The notes beneath the pieces were generated by a model, which saw only the letters and a program-made list of their open reading frames with translations, did no database searches and was not told where the DNA came from. The position numbers and the translations under genes are program-made. A stretch of DNA of 64,000 nt from Phoronis australis (Eukaryota > Animalia > Phoronida): contig NMRA01000972.1 in NCBI GenBank assembly GCA_002633005.1, positions 1-64,000 on the forward strand. The letters run 5' to 3'. The first letter of the stretch is position 1. Each line of letters begins with the position of its first letter. This document shows, one piece after another, positions 24,776 to 38,407 of this stretch.

Positions 24776-26589
24776 TATGGCCATTTATAATAACTTGTTT
24801 TATCGTTTGTGTCTCACAATGTGTGTTTTCGTACTGGCTTCGTTCGCATTCGAATGTGTATAAATTGAATTAGTTGCACATTCAACTTGGTCTTATATTT
24901 ATCGTATATTGCATGACAATTGTCAAATGAAAATTCGCACCGAATGACCATCATGTTCAGGCAGGACTACTCGTTCACACATAATAATGATGTTTGCAGC
25001 TGTTACGCTTTCTCCATATGTTAATAAAGCATGATGATTCCATGTGATCAGTGCAATGGACTCACGTGAGCATCCTGCGCACGTCTAGTGCACGTCAAGG
25101 TGTACCAGGCAGCCTTCAATTGTTTTTATAGTTGTTATGCAAGCCTAAATTAGTATTTTGATATGGTGTTTATCTGTAGAAACTGAAATTGCAGAAATTG
25201 CATGAGTATCGTACAAGGTCAGTGCAAATTTTATAAAATCTTACGGGTGTAGCTTCAATGTACGCAAATGCGCTGATGTGTACCAGAAAATCCAGAAGGT
25301 CATAACAGTTTGTGACGTAAGGAGATGTTCTATCATGCTTAAAATGGATACGGCATAATAAAGACCGACAGAGTTCAAATTTGAATGACGATAAAATGCG
25401 CGACCGTCAAGTACATGAGGGGACAAGCATCAGGGGAAACGAAGAAATGCAGTTGAAGGAAAACAGCGGAAGAGTTCGAGAAAAGCTTGGAGATTTTTTG
25501 CACTGGGCGAGCAAGTAGTGCAAACTACGAGTCCGTCACAACAAAATTGCGCCTTCTTCGCAAAAAGGCATTTGCCAAATCTATTCACTCATGGCTTTAC
25601 CCGTGGCGCGTATATGTAACAAGTCATTGATTGAAGGTGCGAGTCAACCATACATTCTACCGGAGCAACATGTATTCTACACTTCTCGGGGTTCGTGAAC
25701 AAAGGGTACCATCCTAAAACATGAACCAAACAATGGTTTGGCATGGGGTTTAAGTGGTTCAAACGTCTTAGTGATTCATGAAACCTGACAATTCACATAA
25801 ATAACACTCCACATACCTGTCTACATGTTTTGTTGATTTATTCTTCAGTATTTAAAATAGTTATAATTTTACAATTAAGTTGACAAACCACTCCCAGAGA
25901 CCACTACAGTACGCAGTCATTTTTGTTTTTACCAGGGAGCGCCTCCAGGATTTATTCGTATGTTGCATCGACCAATTTTATTGGTATAATTTGTATATCT
26001 CGAACTAACAAGCAACATCCGAGGTCCATTGAACTCCTTTCAGTTTATTATGAGTGCGAGATAACCGGAGGGGATGTATATGGACAACTGCGGGTTGTAT
26101 TATTGCGTCAAATACTGGTTTCATGCAACTGCTGGCTTAGTACTTAATGCTGGACTTGTCAATTAACTCGAGAGGTGGGTCGCTATAAGAACTTGCTATC
26201 GGTAGAAAGCTTTTCATTAAAGGGGAAAATAACCGCTTTTGAAGTTACCTTTATTAAAAATACAGTTCAGTGGTTATCTTGGAAATACATTTTCTGCTTG
26301 AATTATTGTTCCCCTAGCGTATATTTGCGACCATGAAACAACACAAAATGATTCTGACGCCTCGAGAAAGACCCCGCATGCAGGTTCTGCGTTCACGTTC
26401 ATTGAAGAAACAAATGTCTTACTCCCTACTGAACTCACGCTGTGCAGGTCATTGGTGTTTGCTCAATGGAGGCGAATGCTGAAGCAAGATGGGGGCCCTT
26501 TGTTGGATCACGTTTGTGCCACGTTCTACTGTTGCATGGATAGTTCCTACTGGGGGAAAATGTCTCTACAAGATAAACCATACATCTGG

Positions 26590-27480
26590 ATTTTTAAGTG
26601 CACACATGCATAGATGTGTGGTCGCATATTGCACGGGCGTCCGGTTGTCCACTTGATGTCATAAAAAGCCTGGTTGGATTTTGATGAAATTTGGCACAAC
26701 GGTGTAGGGCACCAACGACTAAAACGGTTCTTGCCACTTTTTAATCTGCCCTCCCAAGGTCAGAGGGGCGTGGCTTTTTTAGTATTTTTTGGGAAAGACC
26801 GTTTCTGGATGATATCTATAGAAAAGATTGTCAGACTTAAATGAAACTTATGACAAAACATATGTATTGTCAATGTGTCGGCACCAATAAAATTTCGGGC
26901 GGATTCGACTACTGCAGCACCTCCTAGTAGCCATTTTGTTCTGGTCAAGGGGCTTTTCAAGTGTTGTTTTGGGGCAAAAGAAATTAAAGGAATACCGGAT
27001 GATATCTAAAGAACCGATTGAAGATTTTCAATAACACTTGACACAGACATATGCGACGTCAATTGTCAATGCACCGGGAAGTTACATTTTTTTGTAGATT
27101 CGACCACTGCATCGCCTCCTAGTGGCAGAGCATTCCGGATATCTAAAGAACCCGCAATTGAAGGATTTCAATGAAACTTGATGCAGAGGTATGTTACGTC
27201 AGTGCACCGGTACCTATAAATGTTCGGACAGATTAGACCACTGAAGCACCTCATTGTGTCCATTTTGTTCTCAACAAGGGGTTTTTGAAGCATTGTTTGG
27301 GGAAGAGCCTTTCCGGATGTTATCTAAAGAACCGATCAACGAATTTCAATGAGACTTGATATGTGATGCCAATGCGACGGTACCACTCGATTTTCGGGCG
27401 GATTCAACTACTGCAGCACCTCCCAGTGACCTTTTGCGACGCGCTGTGGGCGTATGTCAACGCTATTGCAGCTACCTATG
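26590..27480 (+). mobile_element. Helentron/HINE-like element carrying about 4-5 tandem units of 140-190 bp
   Basis: Repeated 'ggatatctaaagaacc..gatttcaatgaaacttga...gcggattcgaccactgcagcacctcctagtggccattttgttct', with a GTCC-rich head. Confidence 0.7.
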
Positions 27481-28263
27481 GTGGTAAAACTGGTCAAATA
27501 GCCTTATTGTACTTTCGGGTAAACCACAATCAAGGTCCATATCCAAGAGTCGACTGTGTTACGGGCTAAAATAATTTTTTGGACACTTACCAAATGCCAA
27601 CTGAATCTCATATGGAAAGGGTTATTTGGATGTGCAAATTAAATAAAAAATCATCAAAATCGGACAGTGTTTGAGAAATGCATGCATGTTTTTTATGAAT
27701 TTCATGCAGTTTTAGCGTTACGAGTTGCCATTATAAAAATTCCAATTTCCAACTGTCAACAGCAGAAAAGAAATTAATCTTATTAAGTGAGCAATTGCTT
27801 TGGTATGACTAGGAATAACTTGAGTCACTTTCAGAATCACTTAGATGAAGTTGTGCTTAATCATTGAGAAATGGCAGGGTTCATCCTAAAACAGGAATTC
27901 GTTAAGAAATTTGTAAATTTTGTGTTTCTAACCCTCATCTACTGTAAAGAAGGCTTAAAAGTAAAGTTCAAACTCTGTGATAGAAAGAACTGCAGAATGT
28001 GTTAGCCTAGGCAACACAGCAAATTATTCAATATCTAAACAAACAAACCAAAAAATTGGACATTGACTGGGTTCTGTTGTGTTGAAAAAAGGTCAAAAGG
28101 CTAACAAAACGTAGTGTACGTACCCCCTAGTGAAATTCAGTAACACATATGGTGATTGCAAATAAAGTTATTGCCTTTTAAATAACACCATGGTGTTTAT
28201 TATTATCAAAGAAAAATAAATGGCCATACAACATTATGTTACCATGTGATGCAGAAACAGTGA

Positions 28264-28344
28264 TGTAGTGTACGTACCCCTTTTTGTAGTGTACGTACCC
28301 CTTTTTGTAGTGTACGTACGCCTTTTTGTAGTGTACGTACCCCC
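28264..28344 (+). repeat. Tandem 21-mer (TGTAGTGTACGTACCCCTTTT)x4
   Basis: Direct reading; further same-orientation copies at about 28111, 28487, 28644 and 29314. Confidence 0.9.
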
Positions 28345-29417
28345 ATGTTTACAGATACCATGATATTAAAATATTACTTGGTAAGTGAGCACAATTGGTC
28401 ACAGACAGTTTCCTTCCTTACAAATGATAGGTTAAAAGGGTATTTATTACAAATACATTTGTTTTGAGTGAAATATTAGCATTTGTGTAGTGTACGTACC
28501 CCTATATTTTAACATGTGCCTATTTTCAAAGAATGACAAATAGATATGCACTCTACTATTTATTTGTTCTCTTTGAATAGATTTGGTAAATGAACTCCCA
28601 ATAGATTCTAAGTACTTTTATAAAACTGACATGTCATTGAAATGTAGTGTACATACCCCTGTGCAGTGTACAGACCTTCAACCTCTGTGCTATAAAATAT
28701 TGCCCACAAGTATTTTTACATACTGCTGTTCTCATGAACAATACTGATATTTCCAAAAAGCATCCAGTCTGACAAAAAACAATGGACATTATCAAATTTG
28801 TGGGCAATATAAAGCCACACAGGACTTGGCCAGTAACACCCTAGAAGACACGTCATGTGTGACAACTGATGTTGCAGGGACTGGTTATCTATCTCTCAAG
28901 ACCGTGACAACTTGCAGTAAACCAACAAGTAGTAGCAGCACAAAACTCAAGCCCATCCCATACATTTGTAACTTAGACTAAATTTGATGTTGATTGACTA
29001 TGTGTAATTACGTTTTACTGGACCTAGCATTGCTTTAACTATTTTGACCAACTGGTGAATGTATAAATAACTAGGTAAATAGCACCAATAAAGTTTTTGA
29101 AAAAGTATTTACTTGTCATTTTCTTTTTGTAAGAATCATTATACTGTGATAAAATATGCAAAGCATCATCCTCGTCTAGATTAACATGACCAACACGGTA
29201 ATATTTTTTCTTACTTTAGTATGCGACACTTCTTCAGTTTGATCAAGAAGTTATTAAATTAACAGTTACTTTATGAATTTGTGCATGATAGAAGTGGGCT
29301 GTGACCATACGTTGTAGTGTATGTACCCTTTTATACAACTGTGATGCATTAAACCATAAAATTTTATTTGGTGGTTCTTGTGCTAAAAATATTTTAGATT
29401 ACAAACCTGGAATGATG

Positions 29418-29978
29418 CAGTGGCGGATCTAGGATATCACAAGGGGGGGGGGCAACATGTTGTCTGAAAAAAATTGTGCAAAGCACGATTAGATGCGCAT
29501 AGCACCGAATGGGGGNNNNNNNNNNNNNNNNNNNNNNNNNNNNNNNNNNNNNNNNNNNNNNNNNNNNNNNNNNNNNNNNNNNNNNNNNNNNNNNNNNNNN
29601 NNNNNNNNNNNNNNNNNNNNNNNNNNNNNNNNNNNNNNNNNNNNNNNNNNNNNNNNNNNNNNNNNNNNNNNNNNNNNNNNNNNNNNNNNNNNNNNNNNNN
29701 NNNNNNNNNNNNNNNNNNNNNNNNNNNNNNNNNNNNNNNNNNNNNNNNNNNNNNNNNNNNNNNNNNNNNNNNNNNNNNNNNNNNNNNNNNNNNNNNNNNN
29801 NNNNNNNNNNNNNNNNNNNNNNNNNNNNNNNNNNNNNNNNNNNNNNNNNNNNNNNNNNNNNNNNNNNNNNNNNNNNNNNNNNNNNNNNNNNNNNNNNNNN
29901 NNNNNNNNNNNNNNNNNNNNNNNNNNNNNNNNNNNNNNNNNNNNNNNNNNNNNNNNNCCCCCCCTAAATCCGCCTATG
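29418..29978. mobile_element. MITE nested in the 27515-30088 element (interior is an N-gap)
   Basis: TIRs CAGTGGCGGATCTAGG and (rc) CATAGGCGGATTTAGG; TGATG duplicated at 29413-29417 and 29979-29983. Confidence 0.7.
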
Positions 29979-32900
29979 TGATGATACTTTAAAATAACCC
30001 AGCTTTTACAGTTATATGACAACCTTCATTTTTCACCAAAAGTGGCCACCGAATATGGACCTTGATTGTGATTTGCCCGTTTACCCGAGCCCCTAGAAAC
30101 ATGTCGTTCACTTTGCACCGTGCATAAAAAGGAACGATTTCCCTATTAAAGCCCGCTTGCGCGATTGCAACCAAAAAGTTTCAAGGCATGGTACAAACGC
30201 AAGTGTATGGGATAAGCGTTTTCGGGGATGAGTAATTTCAAGACTATCTGTGTCTATGCCTATTTTTGCTTACTGTATGTAGACACTTTTTGTCATTTGA
30301 GGAAATGTTGATACGGTGTCTAAGTAAAGACATATGTTCATGAGGACATAATTACGTGTCTAGGGATGATGTCTTTATAAGGACACATGTCTGACGACAG
30401 TGCCAGGACATATTTGTGTGTCCAGGGGTGGGTGCGATGGGTACCAGTTAGAAATGTCTAACTGTCCAGCTGGACCATGAGTTTACTGTGAAACCAAGCA
30501 ACCTAAGTAATGCAAAATAATGAAAGCTAAAGTGAGATTCAATCACTTTTCCTCAACAGTTGTGTGGAGTGTAAGACCAAATTTATGACTTCATTGTTCA
30601 GTCACCTTTCATGAAACAGATGATAGTGCTGATGCCACAACGCCAATTACCCACCAGAGGGTGCAAAATGCAGTACCTTTGGTGGACATTCATTGCTGGT
30701 AAAGGAAAGACACTGATGTAGTTGGTAGTACATATATTAAGCATATAAAACTTCCTCGTTTTAGCTAAATCACAGATTGGAATGGCAAACCTTGATAAAT
30801 AGAAATCAGCATGTGGACAGAAAGGCAACTGCAGTTGGTGAAAGTAACAGAATTGGTCTCCAGTCTTAAAGCCAAACTGTGGGCATGTTTGGATGTCCAA
30901 ACATCTGTGACTTTAAACTGAGATAAAGCAAATATGAGACAGTTCAAGGTATGCAAAAGAACTTCTCATAGTTGGGAAGCATTAACTAGTCAGACAAACA
31001 CAAAATTAAAACAAAAATACAAGACTTGTTATAGGAATGTTTAGCATGACGTCATTTTGACATCATTATGACGTTTTGGACCCAGTGTGACGGCATGACT
31101 ATTCTTATTTGCGGGTCCAAATTGCCTCATCAACTGCCATGACATGTCATCACTAAACATCAAAATTGAAAAGCATGCATGTCTCAAAATAATACTTCAT
31201 ATTTTTCTTTTTTTTTGCTCTGTGTTGGAAGAGACCAGTAAATGAAGGCATGAACTTTGAAATCAAGCAAAAACAAATGTAAAAATGTAAAAAATACACT
31301 AAACAATGAGATCTGTAACTGATCAGTCTAAAGCAAAAACAACAATTAAACATGAAATATTTGGAAGTTAACACATTTGATCCTGGGACCTGCAATGTTA
31401 AACAAATTTGAAAATATAAATGTGAATGACTTAGCAAGCAAAAGACAGCTGAGCAGTTACCTGAAGTGTGATTTAATGTAAAAATTATCAGGAAACTGCG
31501 AAAATCTAACGCAGACATATATTATAGAATGGACAATATAAAAAGAAACAAACATAGATATCTCCAAATATCATGTCTAAAAACTGCGTTGTTCTGTTTA
31601 TCACAAACAAGCAATATTGAACTTGCAGCGTGGTTGATCATACTACGATTTCTCAAAATGTCAAATGGCACATGGCTAAAAACAAAGAACTGTGGGACAA
31701 TTGCATTCACCACTACATGGCAGTAATAAATAAAGTTTTCCATTTTGACATCTGCCTAGAACAATAAAGCAGAATGTAATTCATCATTGTAATAAGGGAC
31801 ACATATGGTTTACCTGAATGCAGGCATTTCTGTTAGAAGGTACCTTGCTTTACTTGCGACACATAGTGACTTTCTAGTTAAGTACCAAAATATATCAACA
31901 AAATCTAAGGCAAATATGTTCAAAGTAGACCAACCAGTTGAATACAACTTATCCATGTCTGTGCAAGCACCATTTGGAGCACAACACATATCAATATCTT
32001 GCACAGAGTATATGTAACGGTCAGACCGAAACCTATCCCAGAATTATTTTGTTTGAGTTGGTCACATTATTGAGATACCATAATATGGTCAATCTAACCC
32101 AATAGCAACATCCTAAAACCCCACAACGCCACTCTAATAGTGCCACATTTACCCACAATCCAAAGGGGTGCTGTTCTTATCTTAACACTATTTCACATCA
32201 AAACTAGTTAATCTCCATTCGAATGCTGGTGAATGTTTTACCTTTACACAGTAAGTTGTAATGGTGATATCAAACAATATGACAAGCTGAGTGAGGCGTG
32301 ATTTTGGTACTCATCATGGTTAACAACCAGGTTGTTTGAATTGGGAAACAAAATGTCAAAGGTGGGCATTAAGTCGAGTGTCAGCATTTAAAAATGAAAT
32401 TTTTGGGAAGTAGGGTTAGGCATTTACAGGAATGGGTAAACGAATTGGACTCGCATATCAAGCTCAGGCATACACTGTATCTAGACACTGTGGATCAACA
32501 CTGATTTTGGGTTTTGCGAACCAACATTTAAGTTGTTTACTTATCCTTTACCTAAAACTAAAAATAAATGATACTCCGCACAATCATCCACTTGCCTTGA
32601 TGATTCCGTGTCGCATTTTAATACAGTTAATTAATGGATCAATCCCAGAGATCTCTTCACTCACAACAACTTTTTTTTTACCTGATAAGTCCTGGACTTG
32701 GTACCATGTTGATATTGACAAGTTTTGATGGACTAATAACACTTCAGGTCTATTAAACACCTACCACTCGTACCAGAGCACAAGATCTCCCAGAGAAAGG
32801 AAAAATGTGGACAACTGAGGGTTACAATGTTAAATCAAAACTTTGTTCATGCCATTGCTGGCTATTCAGTGCTAAAATCAAACTTCAATTCACTTGTGAG

Positions 32901-33666
32901 TTGCATTGTTTCAAAAACCTGGGGTCTAATAGTTTTAGTTGAGATCAAATTAAAAATTACTTTTGGTATTTTCTTTTTCCACAAATTCAAGATGATTGTC
33001 TATTGTTCAATGCTTGAGTGCCTACTGGCTCAGATGGACAACATTCTAATACTCGTTTGCACTTAATGACCTCATCACTAATGCTAGCAGTTGAGTCAGC
33101 ACTTGAAATATTGAGTCCTTACCTTAAATCTAGGGTCATCGAGTGCAAACTTGGGCGTAAACTATATTGTACTGAAGCGCATAATAATAGACACTTATCT
33201 TGAATTTGTACAAGATAATGCCGAGAATAATTTCGAGTTTAATTTCGAGTAGATTAGATAACGGATCCTGATTTCTTGGAATGAGCTTCTCTTATGTGAA
33301 AAACTGCACGTGAGGATATATTCAGCTGCGAGGTTACTTACGTTTTGGGAACTGAAATTTGCACAAGACGTGTATTCAAAAGGACTGGTTGCTTTTAAAG
33401 AAGCCTCAAACTATAAACTGGGGTGGGCGTTAAGCTGAACATATTGTGGCCAAGCATTCAGTTCAACATAACCATGGACCTGGATGAGTATGGCATCATT
33501 CAGCTTATAAGTGTGTTAGCAGCCTAACCTTCTGAAAACTAGGTCAACCAAACAATGCATTTTTCTACCTCCACAACAGAGTTTTGAATTTGGTATGTGG
33601 CTACAGCTGGTCATTTCTTTTACCATGTTCCTACACTGTATCAGTCATAATGCTGGCTGTAATCTG

Positions 33667-33765
33667 TTACCTCCTCCTTGGAACTGGTTCTTCTTCACTT
33701 TCTTCTTCCTCTTCATCTTCATCCTCCTCATCTTCTTCATCGTCTTCCTCACTATCATCATCACC
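33667..33765 (-). CDS. CIBAR1: FAM92/CIBAR last coding exon, acidic tail (GDDDSEEDDEE...EEPVPRRR*)
   Basis: Acceptor cttaag, phase 0; D/E-rich tail as in FAM92A; stop TAA at 33667-33669. Confidence 0.8.
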   Translation of the reverse strand, partial: GDDDSEEDDEEDEEDEDEEEEESEEEPVPRRR

Positions 33766-34358
33766 CTTAAGAATTTCAGTGAAAAATTAAACTTGTGTGC
33801 AGAGCCACCAATAGGTGGTAAATAAAACTAAAACTGGAAACATACGAGACCCCAGGGACATGTTTGCAAGATGGTGAACAGTGTTTTTTTAGGTGTGTAT
33901 GCTGCGTTTTGTGAGATCAGCAAGATACTGTTAGGTGGTCAGCAAGCAGTGTTTGTGAGTCTGCTGGATCAGACCCATGAGCCATGTTTATAAGCGAGGA
34001 ACTATTTCTTGAGTGTAAAATTTGTGTTGTTTCCACCCCCTGTAACTGTCCCGGAATATACATGGTTGTTATTTACATTGACAATTCAAGACTGACTTGA
34101 AAATTGCTGCCTTAGCAATGGAAGAAACTATTAGGTACATGAATACAGAGCCTTTCTCGAGTTAAATATCAATAGTAAGTCAGCAAATCACTAACTATGG
34201 CCCTGATTGAATATTCATGTACTTAACAATTCATTGTAGAGATTGTAATCATTATATAAGCAAATGACTTAGAATTTCAATGCAATAACGAGAATAATAG
34301 AGAATTTTCAAAGTTAGTGACAATAAATAGTTTGAATTTGCTTCATTGCATGTCTTAC

Positions 34359-34526
34359 CATCATGGCTGATCTGTTTGTGTTCAACGATTGTTTAGCTGG
34401 TTGTGGTTGTGTCACAACTGGTGTGGATATTGACTGCGCTGTCGAGTTGAGCGACTGTCGTGATCCATACTTTTGAAGTTGCAAGCGAGAGGCTGAGCTC
34501 TCCGGCCTCAGGGAGTTACGGAACTC
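34359..34526 (-). CDS. CIBAR1: FAM92/CIBAR exon 8 (EFRNSLRPESSASRLQLQKYGSRQSLN...NRSAMM)
   Basis: Acceptor tttgcag, donor ATG|GTAAGA; 168 nt, phase 0-0. FRNSL....SRL motif. Confidence 0.88.
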
Positions 34527-35433
34527 CTGCAAAGGCAAATACAAGCATGAATGGTTCCATCGCCGTCACTGCCATGAATATGTCCGTTACAGACATGAAT
34601 GGCTTCGCTACAGATATGAATGATTCATTTGCAGTTACAATACTCATTATCACTCAGTTTGTTGCACAACAAATGGTTACTGAAGCCACAGGATGCAGAA
34701 AACAGCCAGTCCTTGCTAAATGAACAACACAAATATGTGTATAGCATGATAATTACTATCAAACATGCAAATACCAAAAACAAAAGCAAAGAAAAAGTCA
34801 GAAAAAGCACTAAGTAATGTTTTCAAAATTGATAAATATCATCTCGGTATTTTTGAAATTGAGATTTTATGGAAAAGATTTGTAGCCACAACAAAGTTAC
34901 TTTTATTTTGTACACTTGTTATGAGTTGCAATAAAATGATGCAGATACAACTACCAAAAAGCAAATAATTTGAATTAGGTATAGCAATATGAGAAATGCA
35001 ACAGTGAAAGATTTAATTATTACAGAATGAAGACACAAACAAACAAGCACAAAAATGGTATGAGGCTGGTTTGTAATTAAAATTTAAGTTGACCATGAAT
35101 GAAACTAGTGAAAGTATTCAAATCTAAGTTGAGTCGATGGGAACCCTAAAGCAAAAATGAATCACCTTGATTATCGTGTAATAAGCCAAAAATGGAAGCA
35201 ATATCAACAACTGAATCAAGGGCATGAAACAGGAAAGATTTACAATGTCAACTAGGTTAGTTTCATTCTTTGGCATGCCACACAGAGGGAATTCAGGGCT
35301 GTCTAGGCATGCTGGTGAGACTATGAGTTAACCTATGAGAGCACAAGTTTCGCAAAATGTCGCACCTGTAACATAAATCCAGGAACTTTGTACAAAACAT
35401 TGTTCTGAGTAAGCAAAGCACTACGCCACAAAC

Positions 35434-35547
35434 CTCCAAATCTTCTTCCTCGTTCAACTCTGACAGTGACTGGTAACATAGTGTATACAACTCAAGGGCT
35501 TTGGCATGGAACATCATCTCTATGGTAACAAAGTCTGACAGATTAGT
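35434..35547 (-). CDS. CIBAR1: FAM92/CIBAR exon 7 (TNLSDFVTIEMMFHAKALELYTLCYQSLSELNEEEDLE)
   Basis: Acceptor ttttcag, donor GAG|GTTTGT; 114 nt. F.TIEM.FH.KALE.YT motif. Confidence 0.96.
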
Positions 35548-36353
35548 CTGAAAACAGAAGTACACTGAATTGTTGAGCATATGTTAAACTATTTGTATGA
35601 TTAGTTGAGCTCACACAACTGATACTAAATGTGACATTCCATCTGCACTAACAGACATGAGTGATGTTTATGGGAATCTTTCCTAAAGCATTTTGTATTA
35701 ACTTCACCCATACATCTATGGTTCAAGAATTAGACATACTATGGGAATTCTGTATTTACACAAACATTGTCATCAAAGGATAATAACCTCACTACAGCAC
35801 AAATAAATTTTAACCAGACATTGTCATAAGACAGTTCTATTATTCAATTAAGACATGATAACAGCATCCCAAAAATGTTTATACTATCCTAACAAAATGT
35901 TGTTTTTCTAAGTAGTGATACTAATATAAATGAAGCATGAAAAATGCAGTTCAGCTATATCAGATTGTAATCAAACAGAACTGCCACCTATTGGTCAAAC
36001 AGAAACTAGATGAGATGCAATGTGCTGACTTGAGGCAAAACCTAATCAAAGTTGCTCTACGATCTGTTATCACCAAACTCGAGATTCCGCTTGAAAATTG
36101 ACCAATCGCATCCAATGACATCTAAAAGTTAAGATAAATAACATACAAAACCGAGCCACACGATTGATCAATATTCAAACTGAGTCTCAAGTAAAGTTTG
36201 TAGGTCTCCGCCATAGATTCACGTAAGACCAATATCAACATATTCACAATGAGTTGTAATAACAAATCAAACAAAGGATTATTCATCAGAACAGCTACAC
36301 CTAGCTTTGTTGCATGAACACTGACTGAAGTGATGTAGCCAACAGATGCCCAC

Positions 36354-36464
36354 CTTCAAGTCTTGCACTTTCTTCTTTTCAAACTTGTCCATCTCCTCTT
36401 CAAGAGCCTTCCCTGCTCGACTTGCATCAACGTGGGCTTTCTGCAGTTCTGTCTCAGCTTTAGA
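36354..36464 (-). CDS. CIBAR1: FAM92/CIBAR exon 6 (SKAETELQKAHVDASRAGKALEEEMDKFEKKKVQDLK)
   Basis: Acceptor gtgtag, donor AAG|GTGGGC; 111 nt. AETELQ.A..DASR...LEE...FE motif. Confidence 0.95.
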
Positions 36465-38311
36465 CTACACGGACAAAAATCAAAGATGAGTTGCAAGTGA
36501 TGGTTATTTCCTGAAAAGGCAACACGGTGCCCTTTTGGAGGTCAAGTTCATACTAAAATACCACAGGTTTGCGGTGCAGTGTCTGATCACAGAAACAGCA
36601 GTGTAAAATTTTAAGTACTAACGTGTCTTACTAAAAATGTGAAAAAGACTTCCACCCAACACGTCAAAAAAAAAAAAAAAAAAANAAAACAAGAAACAAC
36701 AAACAGGTGCCTCGTAAAATTTAAAACATAACCAGCACAGTATTCGTAAAGTTGTTTACTGCTGTCAAACAGTGCCTTATTACAGATATTGAAGATGTCA
36801 TACGAAAAATCATGAAACAGCATGAACATTAATTTATTCTCAATAGAAGAAAGTAATGCCTTCCTGGTAGTAAGAGACATTTAACCTTGCTTAGATCACC
36901 CCAGACATTTGGCAGCCTATATGGCCACATTTCTACTTGAATATTTCCCTAAAACAATATACTAAACATTGCTATCCAGTGTGTCTTTACCATCTTCACA
37001 GAGTCACGTTTTGTCAAGCTCATTGCATGCTGTTCAAAGGTTGAAAATGGCAGAACAGTAGTGCTCCTAATCAACAACGGAACTCTCCAAATCATACTTC
37101 ATGCATGCCGTAATAAGACAACTACAATATACAAACAATATGGTACTTTATCTATCATCAGATATCCTCAGGGTTAGCAATAGTTAATATTATATTATCA
37201 CTATCATTGTCATTATCATCAGTATTATGATTTACCTATTTACAAAAATAAATATAAGAAAACTTGAATCTGTTGTTAGTTTGGTTTGTAGTTTGAAGTC
37301 AAAAACAACAATTAGTGAAGTTTTTTAAATTTGAGTTAAAACAATCAGCCTTTGATAAATAAAATTATGATAATTTTGGCAATTATTTTTTGTGTGAAAT
37401 AAGTGAAGAATTATCATTAACTCCTGATCAAAAACTACACACCACTTTTTGGAATCAAGGCACGACTACAACACAGTAACACACATCCACTTTGATTCTG
37501 TCTGCGTGACGCATCGCAATTAAAACATACAATACAAGAAAAAAGTAATCGTAAAAAATACCGCCTGAAAGACTATTTCTATTAACAGCAAAAATGGCCA
37601 ACAATCACTACTGTGGCAGCAAAATTCTAATTGTAGATTGCTTATCCACCTTTATAACTTTCCTGTTGATTTCCCTTCATTCTTGGTCATGAGTGAAGAC
37701 TACTCAGAAGATGAATTCCACTTCCACCCAGCTGCATGATGAGAAATCTGGGACATTTTGATCGAATGATTTTTGCACATATACAAAAAGTCCCTCAAAA
37801 TGCCTATGAAGGTGCTAAAGGCACACTGAACCTGGTGTTTAACAAAACATGTGACCACAACATACCTTTTATACCAGAGTGGATACGGAAGTGTTACAGA
37901 TGTATTTGGATGTTCCTCACTATGCTAATGTATAGCAGGAACTTAACGACAATGATATTTTAACATAATCTACTCTAAACAAAATGTAGCTGTATTCACT
38001 GACAACTTGTCAATGTGAAAACAAAAAAATCTCCAAAATATAGGACCTTTGCACTAATGACATAAGACGCGGGCTCCCATAGCCCGTATCATGTTGTGTT
38101 ATTCCCCAGCACCACGTCACGATACTTACTGGACACAGTTCAGTGATTTGCAGCAGATCACTTTCGCCACAAAACTTGTTCTTAAAAACATTTGACAATT
38201 TTCAACCTACATCATATTCACATCATAGCTATGTGATGTGCTTCTACCTAATTTGGAAAAAGCACTCACAAAGATAAGGCATTAGCCTGCAGGTTACACA
38301 AGCACACCTAC

Positions 38312-38407
38312 TTGTTTGGAACGGTCTCTGGAGTTCTTGGCCTTATCGACCTGTTGTTGTTGCTTGGCTTCCCTGTCTCTGGCTGTGAAGGCATTCTTCA
38401 GGTCATT
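38312..38407 (-). CDS. CIBAR1: FAM92/CIBAR exon 5 (NDLKNAFTARDREAKQQQQVDKAKNSRDRSKQ)
   Basis: Acceptor catcag, donor CAA|GTAGGT; 96 nt. DLK....AR.REAKQ motif. Confidence 0.92.

Larger units (their letters stand above)
27515..30088. mobile_element. About 2.6-kb non-autonomous DNA transposon with TIRs and internal 21-bp repeats; superfamily unassigned
   Basis: Perfect 18-bp inverted repeat CACAATCAAGGTCCATAT (27525-27542 / 30053-30070), plus outer TCGGGTAAAC (27515-27524 / 30079-30088). Confidence 0.65.

Noticed and set aside
23521-24863. Long ORFs of 362-417 aa
   Set aside because: Artefacts of N-runs flanked by (CA)n; the same applies to ORFs at 29474-30022 and 48224-48751.
28264-28344. Regular 21-bp repeats resembling a CRISPR array
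   Set aside because: Units are directly tandem with no unique spacers, no cas genes are present, the context is eukaryotic, and they lie inside a TIR element.
33584-33825. Poly-Ser and Phe-rich plus-strand ORFs
   Set aside because: Antisense reading of the CIBAR acidic-tail exon.
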